Assembly: GCF_902713615.1 (NCBI RefSeq)
Contig: NC_052147.1
Coordinates: forward strand, 65,077,097 to 65,141,096
DNA from: Scyliorhinus canicula
Lineage: Eukaryota
Direction of reading: 5' to 3'
DNA: 64,000 nucleotides
Made by a program: the position numbers and the translations under genes. A model generated the notes under the pieces. It made no database searches, was not told where the DNA came from, and was given only the letters and a program-made list of their open reading frames with translations. How positions within the stretch are numbered: the first letter of the stretch is position 1; every line of letters starts with the position of its first letter. Below, in pieces: positions 63,030 to 64,000 of the stretch.

Positions 63030-63829
63030 GTAAGGAGAGCGGCCAGGGGGGGTCCTTCCCCTGTGCGGGTAGCGGAGGCAAGACAGGGCCTCACCCCGTT
63101 TAGTTGATGAGTGAAATGGTCTCTGTAGACGAGGCAATTCAATAGACATTTAAACTACACGAGCCGCCTCGGAATCTGGATTCTTTCCGAAAATAAACAA
63201 GCTATAAGGAAACCCTGTGTCCCACTGTCCATTCCAGTCCCCGCGGCATCAAGCGCATCCTTAACATGTATTTAGAACAAGGTAAACCGACCAGCTTGCG
63301 TTTCTTTTTAACCTTTAAGTGCTCTGAAATAAATTGACAGGTAACTGATCTCAGAATCAAGCTGCACCTGCCTCACTGGAGTCCCAGCCAGCCCGCCGTG
63401 GCAAATCTGGTCCCAATGAATTGGCTTGGCTTTGCTGATCAGAATTGCAGCTTTCTGGTCGTGTCCAACTCACCCGCAGACTAATTAGACATCTTTGTAG
63501 AATAACTTGACTGTGTTTTATTGCAGTGTAACTCTATTTTACCAGTTCTCGCTGTTATATTTGAGTCACTAGTGATTCTGTAACCGCAGTTGTGAATTGA
63601 AAATACAGGCATTAATGATGCTTTTCCACATATCTCAAATGTCCCAAATCACTGCGCGCTTTGAATGACTTTGTGTAATGATTTGTTTTGAAGGGAAACC
63701 CGAAGATTTGCTTTATAAAAGGCACCGTATGATATAAATTCAAACTGTTGTCAACATGCTAACCATATTACACCCGTCAAGATTCCAAAGCCAAGAGATG
63801 AAAGACATAAACATATAATTTACTATTAG

Positions 63830-64000
63830 ACATAGTGTAGAAGGAGGCCATTTGGCCCATGGAGTCTACACTGGACCTTGGAAAGAGCCCACTTCAGCCC
63901 ACATCTCTGCCGCATACCTGTAACCCAGCAACCCCTTTTGACACTCAGAGCAATTTAGCATGGCCAATCCACCTAACCTTCATGTCTTTGGACTGTGGGA
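63830..64000 (-). mobile_element. HE1-type V-SINE (runs off the window)
   Basis: Tail and V-domain. Confidence 0.8.

Noticed and set aside
62915-63142. N-terminal extension of L3HYPDH suggested by ORF 62333-63142
   Set aside because: It starts at a non-ATG codon, crosses the promoter and the probable JKAMP exon, and family similarity begins only after ATG 62914.

Overview
Repeat-rich vertebrate DNA, inferred to be from a shark or other elasmobranch because HE1-type V-SINEs and HER1/CR1 LINEs are abundant. It carries the conserved GPR135 - L3HYPDH - JKAMP block: GPR135 with an intronless CDS (minus, 37482-38774), a complete 5-exon L3HYPDH reconstructed by hand (minus, 62914-46598, 346 aa), and a probable 4-nt first coding exon of JKAMP head-to-head at 63026. 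The top finding is that this L3HYPDH orthologue has a Cys/Cys active-site pair (MCGH and DRSPCGSGVTARIA) rather than the Cys/Thr pair of the human dehydratase. That predicts proline racemase or hydroxyproline 2-epimerase chemistry in a vertebrate. Other notable items are a young Penelope-like retroelement with an open RT+GIY-YIG frame and a minimal hammerhead ribozyme, several fold-back hairpin derivatives with target-site duplications, and an in-frame upstream ORF separated from GPR135 by a single UGA. The window also holds an LTR-less retroviral env relic in an L3HYPDH intron, CpG-rich Harbinger-like MITEs, a hAT deletion derivative, a decayed ERV and deep TE nesting. Exon and TSD coordinates were counted by hand; boundaries of old repeats are approximate.
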